From a virus (lineage: Duplodnaviria; Heunggongvirae; Uroviricota; Caudoviricetes): a stretch of DNA of 44,934 bases. Of this stretch, positions 33,211 to 42,772 are shown one piece after another. Made by a program: the position numbers and the translations under genes. Under the pieces are notes generated by a model that did no database searches, had not been told where the DNA came from, and was given only the letters and a program-made list of their open reading frames with translations. The stretch is from IMG/VR virus record IMGVR_UViG_3300045988_006673, positions 1-44,934 of that record; one strand, given 5' to 3'. Positions within the stretch are counted from its first letter, which is position 1; each line of letters starts with the position of its first letter.

Positions 33211-33890
33211 TTGTCTGGTCATTGTTTGACGGTTCGGGCCTTATGGCCCAGCCGTGGGCGGAAGCGGGCCATACTTGCTATTGTTTCAACTACGATGGCG
33301 CTGACCACGGCGACTACGCACGATTGGGCGCAAAAGTTGAACACGAGAACATACGCTATATAAACGCGTGGATTGATACTAAGTTTGACTTCGAGGTTGC
33401 GCCGGATATTATTTTCGCATTTCCTCCTTGCACGGATTTAGCCGTTAGCGGGGCTGCGCATTTTGAAACAAAGCGCAAGAAGAACCCAACGTTTCAGGTA
33501 GAGGCCGTGATTACATGCAAACTGGCGGCCCGTCTGGCTAAAAAGTATAACGTACCTTATATGATTGAGAACCCGGTTAGTGTTCTTTCATCTTTATGGC
33601 GTAAGCCTGATTATGTGTTCAATCCTTACGAATACGGTGGCTATCTACCAGAAAACGACACGCACCCAATGTTCCCTGAATACATAAAACCACGTGACGC
33701 GTACCCCAAAAAGACATGTATTTGGGTGGGTAACGGTTTTTTTATGCCGGTTAAATCATGTGTTGCCGTTGTTGATGGGTACTCAGACCAGCACAACAAA
33801 CTTGGCGGTAAATCAGTGCGGACAAAAACAATCCGCAGCCTTACTCCTCGAGGTTTCGCAAAAGCAGTTTACGAGGCTAATCATGTCTAA
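33207..33890 (+). CDS. DNA (cytosine-5)-methyltransferase-like protein, unusually short (227 aa)
   Basis: Motif I-like SLFDGSG, motif IV PPCTDLAVSGA (catalytic Pro-Cys), motif VI-like MIENPV. Confidence 0.5.
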   Translation: MIVWSLFDGSGLMAQPWAEAGHTCYCFNYDGADHGDYARLGAKVEHENIRYINAWIDTKFDFEVAPDIIFAFPPCTDLAVSGAAHFETKRKKNPTFQVEAVITCKLAARLAKKYNVPYMIENPVSVLSSLWRKPDYVFNPYEYGGYLPENDTHPMFPEYIKPRDAYPKKTCIWVGNGFFMPVKSCVAVVDGYSDQHNKLGGKSVRTKTIRSLTPRGFAKAVYEANHV

Positions 33891-35307
33891 GTTTCAAAGG
33901 CGCGAGTACCAAAAGCTCATGACTTCGTTCATGTTGCGGCACCATCGATGCAACATATGGGCAAGCATGGGTGCCGGGAAGACTGGCAGCGTACTGTGGG
34001 TTCTAAACCGCCTGTTCCGCAACGGGCAGCTCACGGAAGAGGACCGCGTGTTAATCCTCGCCCCGTTACGTGTTGCGTCCGGTACGTGGCCTGCTGAACA
34101 AGAGAAATGGAACTTCCCTTGTCTGCGTGTCGTAGATGCAACCGGTTCAGAGAAGCGCCGCATCGCGGCGCTGGAGTCAGACGCTAACGTGGTTTGCACC
34201 AACTACGAAGTTATCGAATGGCTGATTGACTACTACGGCAAAGACGACTGGCCTTTTACGGTTATCGTTGCTGACGAGAGTACGAAGCTAAAATCATTCC
34301 GCAGCCGTTCGGGGGGAAGCAAGCGGGCGAAGGCGCTTAGTAAAGTGGCGTTCGGTAAAGTTAAGCGTTTCATTAATCTTACAGGCACACCATCACCAAA
34401 CGGGCTCAAAGACTTGTGGGGCCAGAACTGGTTTATCGATGGCGGCGAGCGCCTCGGTTCTTCATACACGGCATTTACCGACCGCTGGTTTAACTCGGTG
34501 CAAAAAGGTAAGTCGGCTATGGCGCGGGAGTATCACGCACGACCGGGTGCGGATACTGAAATTCATCAGAAGATGAAGGACATTAGTCTCACGATTGACG
34601 CCGCCGAGTGGTTCGGATGTGAAGCGCCGATTATTGTACCGGTTGAGATAGACCTGCCGAAGAAGGCGCGTCAGGCGTACATCGATATGGAGGAGAAGTT
34701 ATTTGCGGAACTGGAGAGTGGGGAAGTTGAAGCGGCTAACGCGGCGGCGAAGACGTCGAAGTGTTTGCAGATTGCATCCGGTGCCGTATATGTGTCTGGC
34801 CCCGACGGCGAGGCAACCAAAGACTGGGAGAAAGTGCACGACACGAAACTAGACGCGCTGGAGTCGATTGTCGAGGAGTTACAGGGTGCGCCGTTGCTGG
34901 TCGCCTATCAGTTCAAGCACGAACTGGAGCGCATCCTTAAGCGATTCCCTCAGGCACAGGCGTTTGCCAAAGGTGCTAAGGGGAATAAGCAGATGGAAGC
35001 GTGGAACCGCGGGGAGATACCTATGCTCCTGATACACCCAGCCTCCGCAGGTCACGGGCTGTCGCTACAACACGGCGGACACCACATGGCCTTTATGAGT
35101 CAGGGGTGGAACCTGGAACATTATTTGCAGGTTATCGAGCGTATAGGTCCGGTAAGGCAGATGCAATCTGGATACAGACGGTCTGTATTCATTTATCAAA
35201 TAATAGCCCGAGATACTCTTGATGAAGTTGTCGCCGCGCGTACAGACGAGAAAAGGTCTGTACAGGATGAACTACTTAATTATATGAAGAGAAGGAGTAA
35301 GAAATGA
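33883..35307 (+). CDS. SNF2-family (SF2) helicase
   Basis: Motif I GAGKT, motif II DEST, motif III LTGTPSPNGLKDLW typical of SNF2-type ATPases; start chosen at ATG 33883. Confidence 0.7.
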   Translation: MSKFQRREYQKLMTSFMLRHHRCNIWASMGAGKTGSVLWVLNRLFRNGQLTEEDRVLILAPLRVASGTWPAEQEKWNFPCLRVVDATGSEKRRIAALESDANVVCTNYEVIEWLIDYYGKDDWPFTVIVADESTKLKSFRSRSGGSKRAKALSKVAFGKVKRFINLTGTPSPNGLKDLWGQNWFIDGGERLGSSYTAFTDRWFNSVQKGKSAMAREYHARPGADTEIHQKMKDISLTIDAAEWFGCEAPIIVPVEIDLPKKARQAYIDMEEKLFAELESGEVEAANAAAKTSKCLQIASGAVYVSGPDGEATKDWEKVHDTKLDALESIVEELQGAPLLVAYQFKHELERILKRFPQAQAFAKGAKGNKQMEAWNRGEIPMLLIHPASAGHGLSLQHGGHHMAFMSQGWNLEHYLQVIERIGPVRQMQSGYRRSVFIYQIIARDTLDEVVAARTDEKRSVQDELLNYMKRRSKK

Positions 35308-35819
35308 TGGATTGCGAGGAGTTACTACTTAGGGTGCATCTGTTGTCACGAGGTTTTGACGCGGACCGTTTACGTGTAGTCTTAGGCCCTGGAGTAGCTA
35401 CGTTTTACCTGTGGGGGTTTGATGGTAGGCTTCGCGGATACCAGCACTACAAACCACACGCGGAAAAGAACTGTAAAAACCCTAAAGACGCGAGGTACTT
35501 TACCAGAACAACAAGGCCGTGTTTGTGGGGGCTTGAGTATTTGCCGTATAGCGGGGTGGTATTTGTTACCGAAAGCATATTCAAAGCCGTAGCATTGATG
35601 AATTGCGGGTTCAATGCCGTAAGCGCACTGGGGTCAAATATACCAGCCGATTTACGGCGGCAAATGTCACTTTTGCCGTATGATTGGGTGTGCGCTGGGG
35701 ACAATGATAAAGATGGGTTAAAGTTCAGCAAAACATTCACCAGAGGATTTGTATCTAACGACCTTGATGAACTTTGTGAAGAAGAAATAACGTATCTTGC
35801 GAGGAAATTTACCAGATGA
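35304..35819 (+). CDS. TOPRIM-domain protein (DnaG-type primase catalytic core-like), stand-alone
   Basis: VFVTESIFKA (conserved Glu) and AGDNDKDG (DxD) in TOPRIM-typical order; ATGA overlap with helicase. Confidence 0.5.
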   Translation: MMDCEELLLRVHLLSRGFDADRLRVVLGPGVATFYLWGFDGRLRGYQHYKPHAEKNCKNPKDARYFTRTTRPCLWGLEYLPYSGVVFVTESIFKAVALMNCGFNAVSALGSNIPADLRRQMSLLPYDWVCAGDNDKDGLKFSKTFTRGFVSNDLDELCEEEITYLARKFTR

Positions 35820-35953
35820 ACATCATAGCCCCAATTCCGGTATTGCAAAAACGTATCAAGGAACTAGAAGAAGAGGTTCTACGACTACGGCAACAGAGAG
35901 ATGCCGCTAATGCGCAACTGGCGTTTGTACTTGAGAAGTTATCAGAAGAGTAG
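35816..35953 (+). CDS. Small coiled-coil protein (45 aa)
   Basis: ATGA-coupled to TOPRIM gene; heptad-like ELEEEVLRLRQQ; not in ORF track. Confidence 0.3.
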   Translation: MNIIAPIPVLQKRIKELEEEVLRLRQQRDAANAQLAFVLEKLSEE

Positions 35954-35958
35954 AGAAA

Positions 35959-35985
35959 AGGCCCCGTTTGGGGCCTTAGTTTTTA
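35959..35985. terminator. Bidirectional terminator AGGCCCC-GTTT-GGGGCCT followed by T5
   Basis: GC hairpin between convergent replication module (+) and tailspike gene (-). Confidence 0.65.
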
Positions 35986-37938
35986 GAGTATGCGTATTTC
36001 CCCACCGTGTATGGCGATGGGAGTGGCTAAATAAGGACTTCTTACCACAACGAAGCCATTTTCGTTGCTCACCACCGGCGGCTTCGATACATCGGATATA
36101 GAAAGCGCCACCGCGGTCCCGCCGGCTACATGCCCGAGCCAAAACCATGTCCCCAAGTTATGGTCTATTTTAAGGGCGAGGAAAAGCAATTGGGTATCTG
36201 AATATTGAATCTGTGTTGTCCATTTTGCTCTGGTTTCTGAACCAGAAACCTCTGTAGATACACTCGCACCGACTGTGTGACCAGCGGAGCTGCCATTGCT
36301 CATCTTCCCGTTAACAAGCTGCGGGTGGTATTTACTGGTCTGCTTGGCTTTCCCTACAACTGAACTAAGTCCTAAATCCGGGTGGTAGAAGACTATAGTC
36401 TGGTCTACTGTGCTGGCCTCTTTAGCGGATGCAGCGGGTAGTGTCGTACCGCCAGGTTTTATATCTGTTTGCCAGTGAATGTCAGAAAGGTTGTACGGCG
36501 ACCCTTCGTTAAGGTCCCACCAAACCGCCCCGCCTCCAATACGGTTATTAGGCATAATTCTTACGTTGGTATTGTCATCGAATGCGCCAAACATTTTCAT
36601 ACTGCTGCCGTAAATCCAGCAGTTATCCAGCGTAATGTTATTTGCGCTCGTTGCTATAACCCCATACACATTGCTTTGGTTTGACTCTATGTAGCATGAA
36701 TCAAACTTGATGTTATATGCACCTGCAATCCAAACACCGTGAGTACGAAAACTTTCAATGCCACAGTTGAACAGCGTAAGAGCTTCAACGGCCCCTTCGA
36801 ACTTAATGCCAACGTCACACTGGCCCGTATGAACTGATACTAATGGCTGAATGTTACATTCATCGGTAAAGTGATAGCGATGTAGACCAGTAGTATATGT
36901 ACCATTGCACTGAAGATTGCGAAATAAAGAGTAAAAGCAGCGCTGAGTGTAAACCAACTGCTGGACGTTTACTCCAACAATATCTGTAACTTCGCATCCA
37001 AATACATGGTCTCGCAAACGAAAGCCTTGATAGAAATTAATCAGTGTGGCATTGCGAATTGTTGTTCCTATAGTTAGATACTCTTCACCAGTTTTTCCAA
37101 AAACCGAAGAGATAGCGCCAGTAGAAGTTATATAGCCGGTCTCAATGAACACGTTAGTTGTGTCGGAAGTGTCGTCACGCCCTACGATACGAGCGCCCTG
37201 AAAATCTATCACTTGCATCCGACGCTTAGGGAAATTATTTGCTTCAATGTCAGATGGAGATTCTGAAGCCAACACATAAACTTTACCGGCGATGTAATAG
37301 CTTTTCCACGGAGTGGCTACTACTTTAACACCACCTGCACGCCAAGCCGCGACTATAGCCGCCTGAAACGCCGCTGTGTCATCGTGGCGACTGGGGTTTG
37401 GGTTTCCGTTTACCAGGTAGGCGTCACCATATGCCCCAAAATCATCAACGTTAATCTCCTGTTTGAGTTTATCCATTACGGTGAGTGAAACCGAATCAGA
37501 ATACCCAGAATTGAATCCCACCAAAGATGCGCCGGATAGAGATGCTAGCTCATTCCTCAAATCCGGGTCTGTCTGTGGCTTCCAGTTAGCGTTTCCTACT
37601 GGGTTAAACCCAGCCGGGACAACAACAACAGGTAAGGTACCTGCATACGAATACCACGTTTTACTTACAGGGTCATACACCACTTTGTCACGATCGGCTA
37701 TCGTCAGTGTGCCGCCAGTTGAAAAGTCCCACGACACGGGGGAAAAGCCAGCGTCGCGCAACACGGCGGGTAACGTCTTCTGTGTCTGACCAGTAACCTG
37801 ATTAGTTGCGTAATCAATATCCGCACCCGTAGCCACACCACCCGCTTTACCTGTGATAACCTCGGCCTCGAAAATTTGGTGTTTCTTGGCGGTCTGTAAA
37901 TCCGCCAGGCTTAAAACGTCACCGCATCCGCTTGACAT
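35983..37938 (-). CDS. Tailspike / tail fiber with pectate-lyase-like right-handed beta-helix (putative depolymerase)
   Basis: VDDFGAYGDAYLVNGNPNPSRHDDTAAFQAAI matches the Pectate_lyase_3-type N-cap; many N-x-G/T-rich beta-helix-like repeats; last gene of tail operon. Confidence 0.6.
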   Translation of the reverse strand: MSSGCGDVLSLADLQTAKKHQIFEAEVITGKAGGVATGADIDYATNQVTGQTQKTLPAVLRDAGFSPVSWDFSTGGTLTIADRDKVVYDPVSKTWYSYAGTLPVVVVPAGFNPVGNANWKPQTDPDLRNELASLSGASLVGFNSGYSDSVSLTVMDKLKQEINVDDFGAYGDAYLVNGNPNPSRHDDTAAFQAAIVAAWRAGGVKVVATPWKSYYIAGKVYVLASESPSDIEANNFPKRRMQVIDFQGARIVGRDDTSDTTNVFIETGYITSTGAISSVFGKTGEEYLTIGTTIRNATLINFYQGFRLRDHVFGCEVTDIVGVNVQQLVYTQRCFYSLFRNLQCNGTYTTGLHRYHFTDECNIQPLVSVHTGQCDVGIKFEGAVEALTLFNCGIESFRTHGVWIAGAYNIKFDSCYIESNQSNVYGVIATSANNITLDNCWIYGSSMKMFGAFDDNTNVRIMPNNRIGGGAVWWDLNEGSPYNLSDIHWQTDIKPGGTTLPAASAKEASTVDQTIVFYHPDLGLSSVVGKAKQTSKYHPQLVNGKMSNGSSAGHTVGASVSTEVSGSETRAKWTTQIQYSDTQLLFLALKIDHNLGTWFWLGHVAGGTAVALSISDVSKPPVVSNENGFVVVRSPYLATPIAIHGGEIRIL

Positions 37939-37950
37939 ATAGAGTCCTCT

Positions 37951-40506
37951 TTAATTAAAGCCATTGCTGAATCCGTCGGAGAAACCGCTGCCGTATGGCG
38001 CGACGCCGTCGTATTTATAGAATCCGTCGTCATAGTTGTAGCCAGTAATCTTGACCGTGCGGTCGTCGCCCGGGTCGATTGAAGAAACAACTATCTTCTG
38101 AGCATTATGCCTTGCTTCGTTGCCGAATGAAAACTCAGTTTTTAGTGCGCTATTCCCTGTGTAGATTGCCTCCTCCGGCGCGGAGAGCATAACCACCTCG
38201 CGGTCGTGGCTTCCTTTGATAACAGAAATACTCTGCACGGAGCCATCGCGCTTCTTGAGGATGATGGAGTGGTCATCGCCCGGAGTAAACGTAACGGGCT
38301 GAGACAGTGTCAGCGTAAGCCCATTAACGGCAACAACATAGCCGTCCTGTGGTGCGATACGTGAACCTTTAACCACGCTGATTACGCCACCCGGGGTAGC
38401 GAGTGCCCCCTCTTCCGTAGCTTCGAACTCCACAACAACTTTACTTAACGCATTGCGTTGGTAGCGACGCCACGCCAGCCAATACGCCTGCTGATAGTTT
38501 CGCACGCCCTTCGATTCGTATTCCTCGGTGTTTGCCCCGAGTTCTTCCGGGATGTAAATCGTCTCCTGCACGTTTGTATCCGGGTCGATGTACGAGAACG
38601 ACAGGCTATCGTAGGTTGTCGAATCGTTGAACGTGCGGGTCCATTTCTCCGTACCGGTAGTTTTACTGCGGTGGGTGAACACCATCTCCGGCCCAGTAAC
38701 CGGACGGTCGAATCGCAGCATAATATCCGCACCTTTGCGGTACGCAGTACAGAACACGGCTTCCGCTATGGTTTGAACGATATCCTGCATGGTTGTGTCG
38801 TAGTCGTCGAACGTATAGCAGAACTGCCCCGCTAATTCACTTCCGAAATACGACTCAATTTCTTCCTGCACAGCGAGTAACTTGTCCATGTTTGCTGTTG
38901 TCAGTTCCAGATTACCCACCGCAGGGTCGCGCGCCAGTCGAATTAGTGACTGCACAGCCTGGGTATTTGGCGACATTACTGTATCGAATACCCCATTGCC
39001 TAAGTATTTGTAGCACATCTCGGTTGCAATCATGCGCAGTTCCGGGTTGTCAATACTGGCAGCACGCGGTGTCTGTTTACGGGCGCAATGTACAGTAGTT
39101 CGGTTGCCGTAATGCGGTGTTGTGTCAAGAGACTGCCCGTACAGGTTGATGAACGTTATCTCATCGCTTACGGTCCCGTCGTAATCCTTGTCGAAATTCG
39201 TTATACGGCGCATGCGGGCGCGGAAACGTGATGCAGTAGGCAACTGCCCATAAATGGACGTACCAACGTAATCCGTGCTATTACCTGTAATTGTAGCCTG
39301 TACCGTGTAAATATCGCTCAACGGGTTGCGCTGAGAGTCAATCATCTGGTACTGGAGTTCTACGGTTACGCCGGTGCGGTTATAGCCGCCGTCGTATTTG
39401 TAGAGGCCATTCTGCCCTGCGACGTTCGCGAGCACCCTGTCGACCTCTCCGCGAACCATGTAATACCAGTCCGTAAGAGATACGTCATATGTGTTGCTAG
39501 GGCCAATAAACGTGTCAGAACGCTCTGTAAGTGCGTAAGTCTCTCCGTTATTAAGGTTGCCCCAGTTACCTATATCCCCGACGTACAACCGAACCTCAAA
39601 GTCGTCGACGTATAAAACTTCAAACGAGCCGTTCAGGTTAGTGACGTCCTTAACGTCGAAATTGCTCAACACTGCGACATCACCAACACTAAGAAACTCG
39701 GAAAAGGCAGAGTCACCCGACGGGTCATAGAGGTAGCCGGTGTTTGAAATACGTTTTGCTGTGCCGCCGGAGCTTGGGTTAGCCCCAATGTCGTTTGGCG
39801 CTTTGAGCACAATACCGTCAACGTCGTCATTGGAGTACGTCACATATAGCTTCTGGTCAATGACGTCGCCGATTTGTAGTTGCGGCGATGTGGTGTTGTT
39901 AGGCGACGTATACGGCGCGTACACGGCAACAGAGGAACCAGTGATGTCGCTTATCAGGGTGTCACCTTCTGTGACGCCATCTGCCTCAATATGCAGATGC
40001 CCGCGCCCTGCGTCATAATACGAATACTCCAGCAAAGCACCAGTGGAATTGAACGCCTTGTACGTCTGCATCAGGTCATTAGGGATTGTCTGTACAGTCC
40101 CGCAGATGTCATAGGAGCGCTCGTAGGGCCGCGGCTTGTTGGAGCGGTCTGTGAGGCTGTTATTTGGCGATGTTGTCTGGTTGTTAGTCGCCGTATAGTT
40201 GGCGTTTGCGGACATGTTCAGACCAAACAACTTAGCGATTGGCTTAAGGATAAAGCCGAATACCTTACTAACCGCACCGAGCGCCCCGCTACCCGCGCCC
40301 TCAATAATGTGGTACACGGCGTCTTCGTCTTTGAGAGCGTCGAAGTCGTCGGTGACATCAGTATCATCGCCAATCTCACCCAGGTAGACGCGCACCGGCA
40401 CGCCGTCAGGAATATGGTTAACGACAAACTCCATCGGCATCCCGACGTGTTTTGTACGGTCGAAAGCGCCATCATCGTTTCGCGTGTAGTGCAGGATTAT
40501 CGCCAA
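37951..40506 (-). CDS. Central tail fiber / host specificity protein (lambda gpJ-like)
   Basis: 851-aa ORF following K-like and L-like genes in lambda order. Confidence 0.55.
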   Translation of the reverse strand: MAIILHYTRNDDGAFDRTKHVGMPMEFVVNHIPDGVPVRVYLGEIGDDTDVTDDFDALKDEDAVYHIIEGAGSGALGAVSKVFGFILKPIAKLFGLNMSANANYTATNNQTTSPNNSLTDRSNKPRPYERSYDICGTVQTIPNDLMQTYKAFNSTGALLEYSYYDAGRGHLHIEADGVTEGDTLISDITGSSVAVYAPYTSPNNTTSPQLQIGDVIDQKLYVTYSNDDVDGIVLKAPNDIGANPSSGGTAKRISNTGYLYDPSGDSAFSEFLSVGDVAVLSNFDVKDVTNLNGSFEVLYVDDFEVRLYVGDIGNWGNLNNGETYALTERSDTFIGPSNTYDVSLTDWYYMVRGEVDRVLANVAGQNGLYKYDGGYNRTGVTVELQYQMIDSQRNPLSDIYTVQATITGNSTDYVGTSIYGQLPTASRFRARMRRITNFDKDYDGTVSDEITFINLYGQSLDTTPHYGNRTTVHCARKQTPRAASIDNPELRMIATEMCYKYLGNGVFDTVMSPNTQAVQSLIRLARDPAVGNLELTTANMDKLLAVQEEIESYFGSELAGQFCYTFDDYDTTMQDIVQTIAEAVFCTAYRKGADIMLRFDRPVTGPEMVFTHRSKTTGTEKWTRTFNDSTTYDSLSFSYIDPDTNVQETIYIPEELGANTEEYESKGVRNYQQAYWLAWRRYQRNALSKVVVEFEATEEGALATPGGVISVVKGSRIAPQDGYVVAVNGLTLTLSQPVTFTPGDDHSIILKKRDGSVQSISVIKGSHDREVVMLSAPEEAIYTGNSALKTEFSFGNEARHNAQKIVVSSIDPGDDRTVKITGYNYDDGFYKYDGVAPYGSGFSDGFSNGFN

Positions 40507-40862
40507 AATTCAATCTCCGTGTACGTGTCTCTGAGGTCCGCCAGCCTGTCGAGCCGTACCTGACGTGACGCAAGTTCACAATGACTCACCATCCCGTCGA
40601 AGTAAACTCCTGCGTGCCACACGATACGACCACCACGGCGATACCCCATAAGCACCGCACAGAAGTTTTCAGGCTTATCGATTTTTGTAAGCCCCTTCGT
40701 GTCACGGTGGCCTTCGTCAAACGCTTCGTTAATTGCCGTTGGGCTTGTAACGTCGAACGCCGGGGTTTCTAACCCGGCATCCGCGCGGACAATGCGCACG
40801 TGATGCCAGCAATTACGTTTTCGAAAGTCGTAAGGTATGCCCGTGTAGTCGTTAATATTCAT
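40497..40862 (-). CDS. Tail assembly protein with NlpC/P60 (lambda gpK-like) domain
   Basis: Conserved Cys...His arrangement (NCWHHV...WHAGVY...H) typical of NlpC/P60-type K proteins. Confidence 0.55.
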   Translation of the reverse strand: MNINDYTGIPYDFRKRNCWHHVRIVRADAGLETPAFDVTSPTAINEAFDEGHRDTKGLTKIDKPENFCAVLMGYRRGGRIVWHAGVYFDGMVSHCELASRQVRLDRLADLRDTYTEIEFWR

Positions 40863-41374
40863 GTGGTCAACAGGCCGCGTAATAACGGTATCTCTTTAGG
40901 TGTCATCAGTATACCAGTGCTTCGTTGGTTCAGCATAGGTGTACCGACATCCGCGGAGAACTCGCCTTTCTCCTGGCTGATAGCCTGCAACTCATACACG
41001 ACAGGGCCGTCGGCCGGGTAAGACAGGTCGGTGCTGACATAACGGCGGAAGACGAACTTCGGCAACTCCGTATTGCTCATTGGGATTTTATCCATCTCAT
41101 CATCAAGTTGATTGAGAATATCCGGTAAAGTAAACGTCGTCGTCTGGTCCATATCGCTGTTGTTAGCTGCCCCCGACGCTTCCATCGGGGTTGGTTCGAA
41201 CGTGATAGTTTCGCCCGTCTCCAGTGTTGCCGTGAGTTCCTGTAGCCTGCGCACAAGATAGTACGTCTTCGACAGCAGCGGGTGGCTGATTTGCAACGTG
41301 ATGTAGTCCATCTCGCCGTCGGGATTTGAGGCCAGCTTACGGCGATAGGCTGCTTCTACTGATTCCTGGCTCAT
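40859..41374 (-). CDS. Minor tail protein (lambda gpL-like), putative
   Basis: 171-aa ORF between the distal tail and K-like genes. Confidence 0.4.
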   Translation of the reverse strand: MSQESVEAAYRRKLASNPDGEMDYITLQISHPLLSKTYYLVRRLQELTATLETGETITFEPTPMEASGAANNSDMDQTTTFTLPDILNQLDDEMDKIPMSNTELPKFVFRRYVSTDLSYPADGPVVYELQAISQEKGEFSADVGTPMLNQRSTGILMTPKEIPLLRGLLTT

Positions 41375-41377
41375 AAG

Positions 41378-42772
41378 TTAACCGTCCACGTTAAAATCAA
41401 TGCGAGTGATGTATTTACTCCCCCACGCAGAATCGGCCTGCGGGATGGTGGCGTAGCCGTCAACCGCCGGAACGTTTACCACAGAGTCGTCGGAATAGGT
41501 AATATCGATGCTCGTTGCGCCGCGCATTACTACTTTTGCCGATGCCGGTGTTCTATCTTCCGCGATATCCGATGTTTGTATGTAACTTGTGGTATTTGCC
41601 GATTTCTCTAACTGCGCACCCCATACATAAATGCCATTCTCCCCTGTACCCATGAATGTTAGGTTCACACCAGATGCAAGCTGCACACGGATAATAGAGT
41701 TCCCAGTTGTGGTGCGCGCCCGAAAGACCATTGCTACCCTATATATATCCTCAGAAACCCTAACGACATTTTTTGATACAAAATCACCCCCTGCGTTCGC
41801 GACAAATGTGCCAGTAACAGGGTTGAATATTGTATTTGCTCCTACTCCTATTGCCACCGTTAGGACAAGGTTTAGTGGGTCGCTAGCTGCTTTTACAAAG
41901 ATTGAATATGAATATAACTCACCTTGCTGCAACCCTACTACCCTGTCGTCGGTGAAATGCCCTACATTTGGAGTTGACGCGGCGACTTTTGCCATAGTTA
42001 TATCGCCACGAGGCGATACCTCAGCATTATTCTGTACTAATGTTCTGCCCCCAAAGCCATCCCATGTTTCCGAATTTATGTACAAATTGCGCGAGGCATC
42101 TTCTGGCGGCACACGCCCAACGGCAACACCATCAATAAATGTTAGAGGCCATTCATTAGCAGCGGACTGCACAAGATTGCCATTTCGGTTGATGTAGTAA
42201 ACCTGCGGCCCGTCATACACAATGCGGCTATCAAGCGTAGATGACAGCATGTTAATCGGCGGATATCCGGCGGGGCCTTCATTGCTCCAGATGCGTGGGA
42301 ACGTCGTCTCGTAGTTCGCATATATTTTCATGAAGCTGCCCAGGTGGTCGCCATAGCAACCGTACAGATCTGGCAGATTGTTAATCAGGCACTGGTTCTC
42401 GAGGTCCTGGAACGGCGATTTCTCGGCGGTTGCCGTGAAAGTAATCGTCCAGTTAATGCCGTCGTCGGTGGATTCCGCGATGGTTGACGTAATGGTTACC
42501 TGGTAGTCCTCGATACCCATGCCGAAGTCGTGCGCCATCCAGAAACTTGACGCGCCGCCGTCTACTTTTTCGAGGAACGACAGAAACGCCTGCCGCCCTA
42601 GCGCCGATGTAATCAGGGTTACGCTTATCGGGAACATATCGTAATACGTGTCACGGCCCTGGCGCACTCCGCCACCGGCTAAATCGACACTCCAGACGTT
42701 GTTGCGTCTGGTCATTGAGTAGCCTTTCGACACTATAGGGCGGAGGCTACGTGGGAAATATAAGTCGCTCAT
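41378..42772 (-). CDS. Distal tail protein (gpM-like N-terminus) with large C-terminal extension
   Basis: First gene after tape measure; 464 aa, much longer than a minimal gpM, suggesting an added carbohydrate-binding-type domain. Confidence 0.45.
   Translation of the reverse strand: MSDLYFPRSLRPIVSKGYSMTRRNNVWSVDLAGGGVRQGRDTYYDMFPISVTLITSALGRQAFLSFLEKVDGGASSFWMAHDFGMGIEDYQVTITSTIAESTDDGINWTITFTATAEKSPFQDLENQCLINNLPDLYGCYGDHLGSFMKIYANYETTFPRIWSNEGPAGYPPINMLSSTLDSRIVYDGPQVYYINRNGNLVQSAANEWPLTFIDGVAVGRVPPEDASRNLYINSETWDGFGGRTLVQNNAEVSPRGDITMAKVAASTPNVGHFTDDRVVGLQQGELYSYSIFVKAASDPLNLVLTVAIGVGANTIFNPVTGTFVANAGGDFVSKNVVRVSEDIYRVAMVFRARTTTGNSIIRVQLASGVNLTFMGTGENGIYVWGAQLEKSANTTSYIQTSDIAEDRTPASAKVVMRGATSIDITYSDDSVVNVPAVDGYATIPQADSAWGSKYITRIDFNVDG

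Noticed and set aside
3755-35985. Recurrent GGCCCC-GAAA-GGGGCC type hairpins (3755, 7441, 11422, 13217, 35959) as a possible CRISPR-like or REP repeat family
   Set aside because: They are single palindromes at gene ends with flanking A/T runs, not regularly spaced direct repeats with spacers; best explained as intrinsic terminators. No CRISPR array is present in the window
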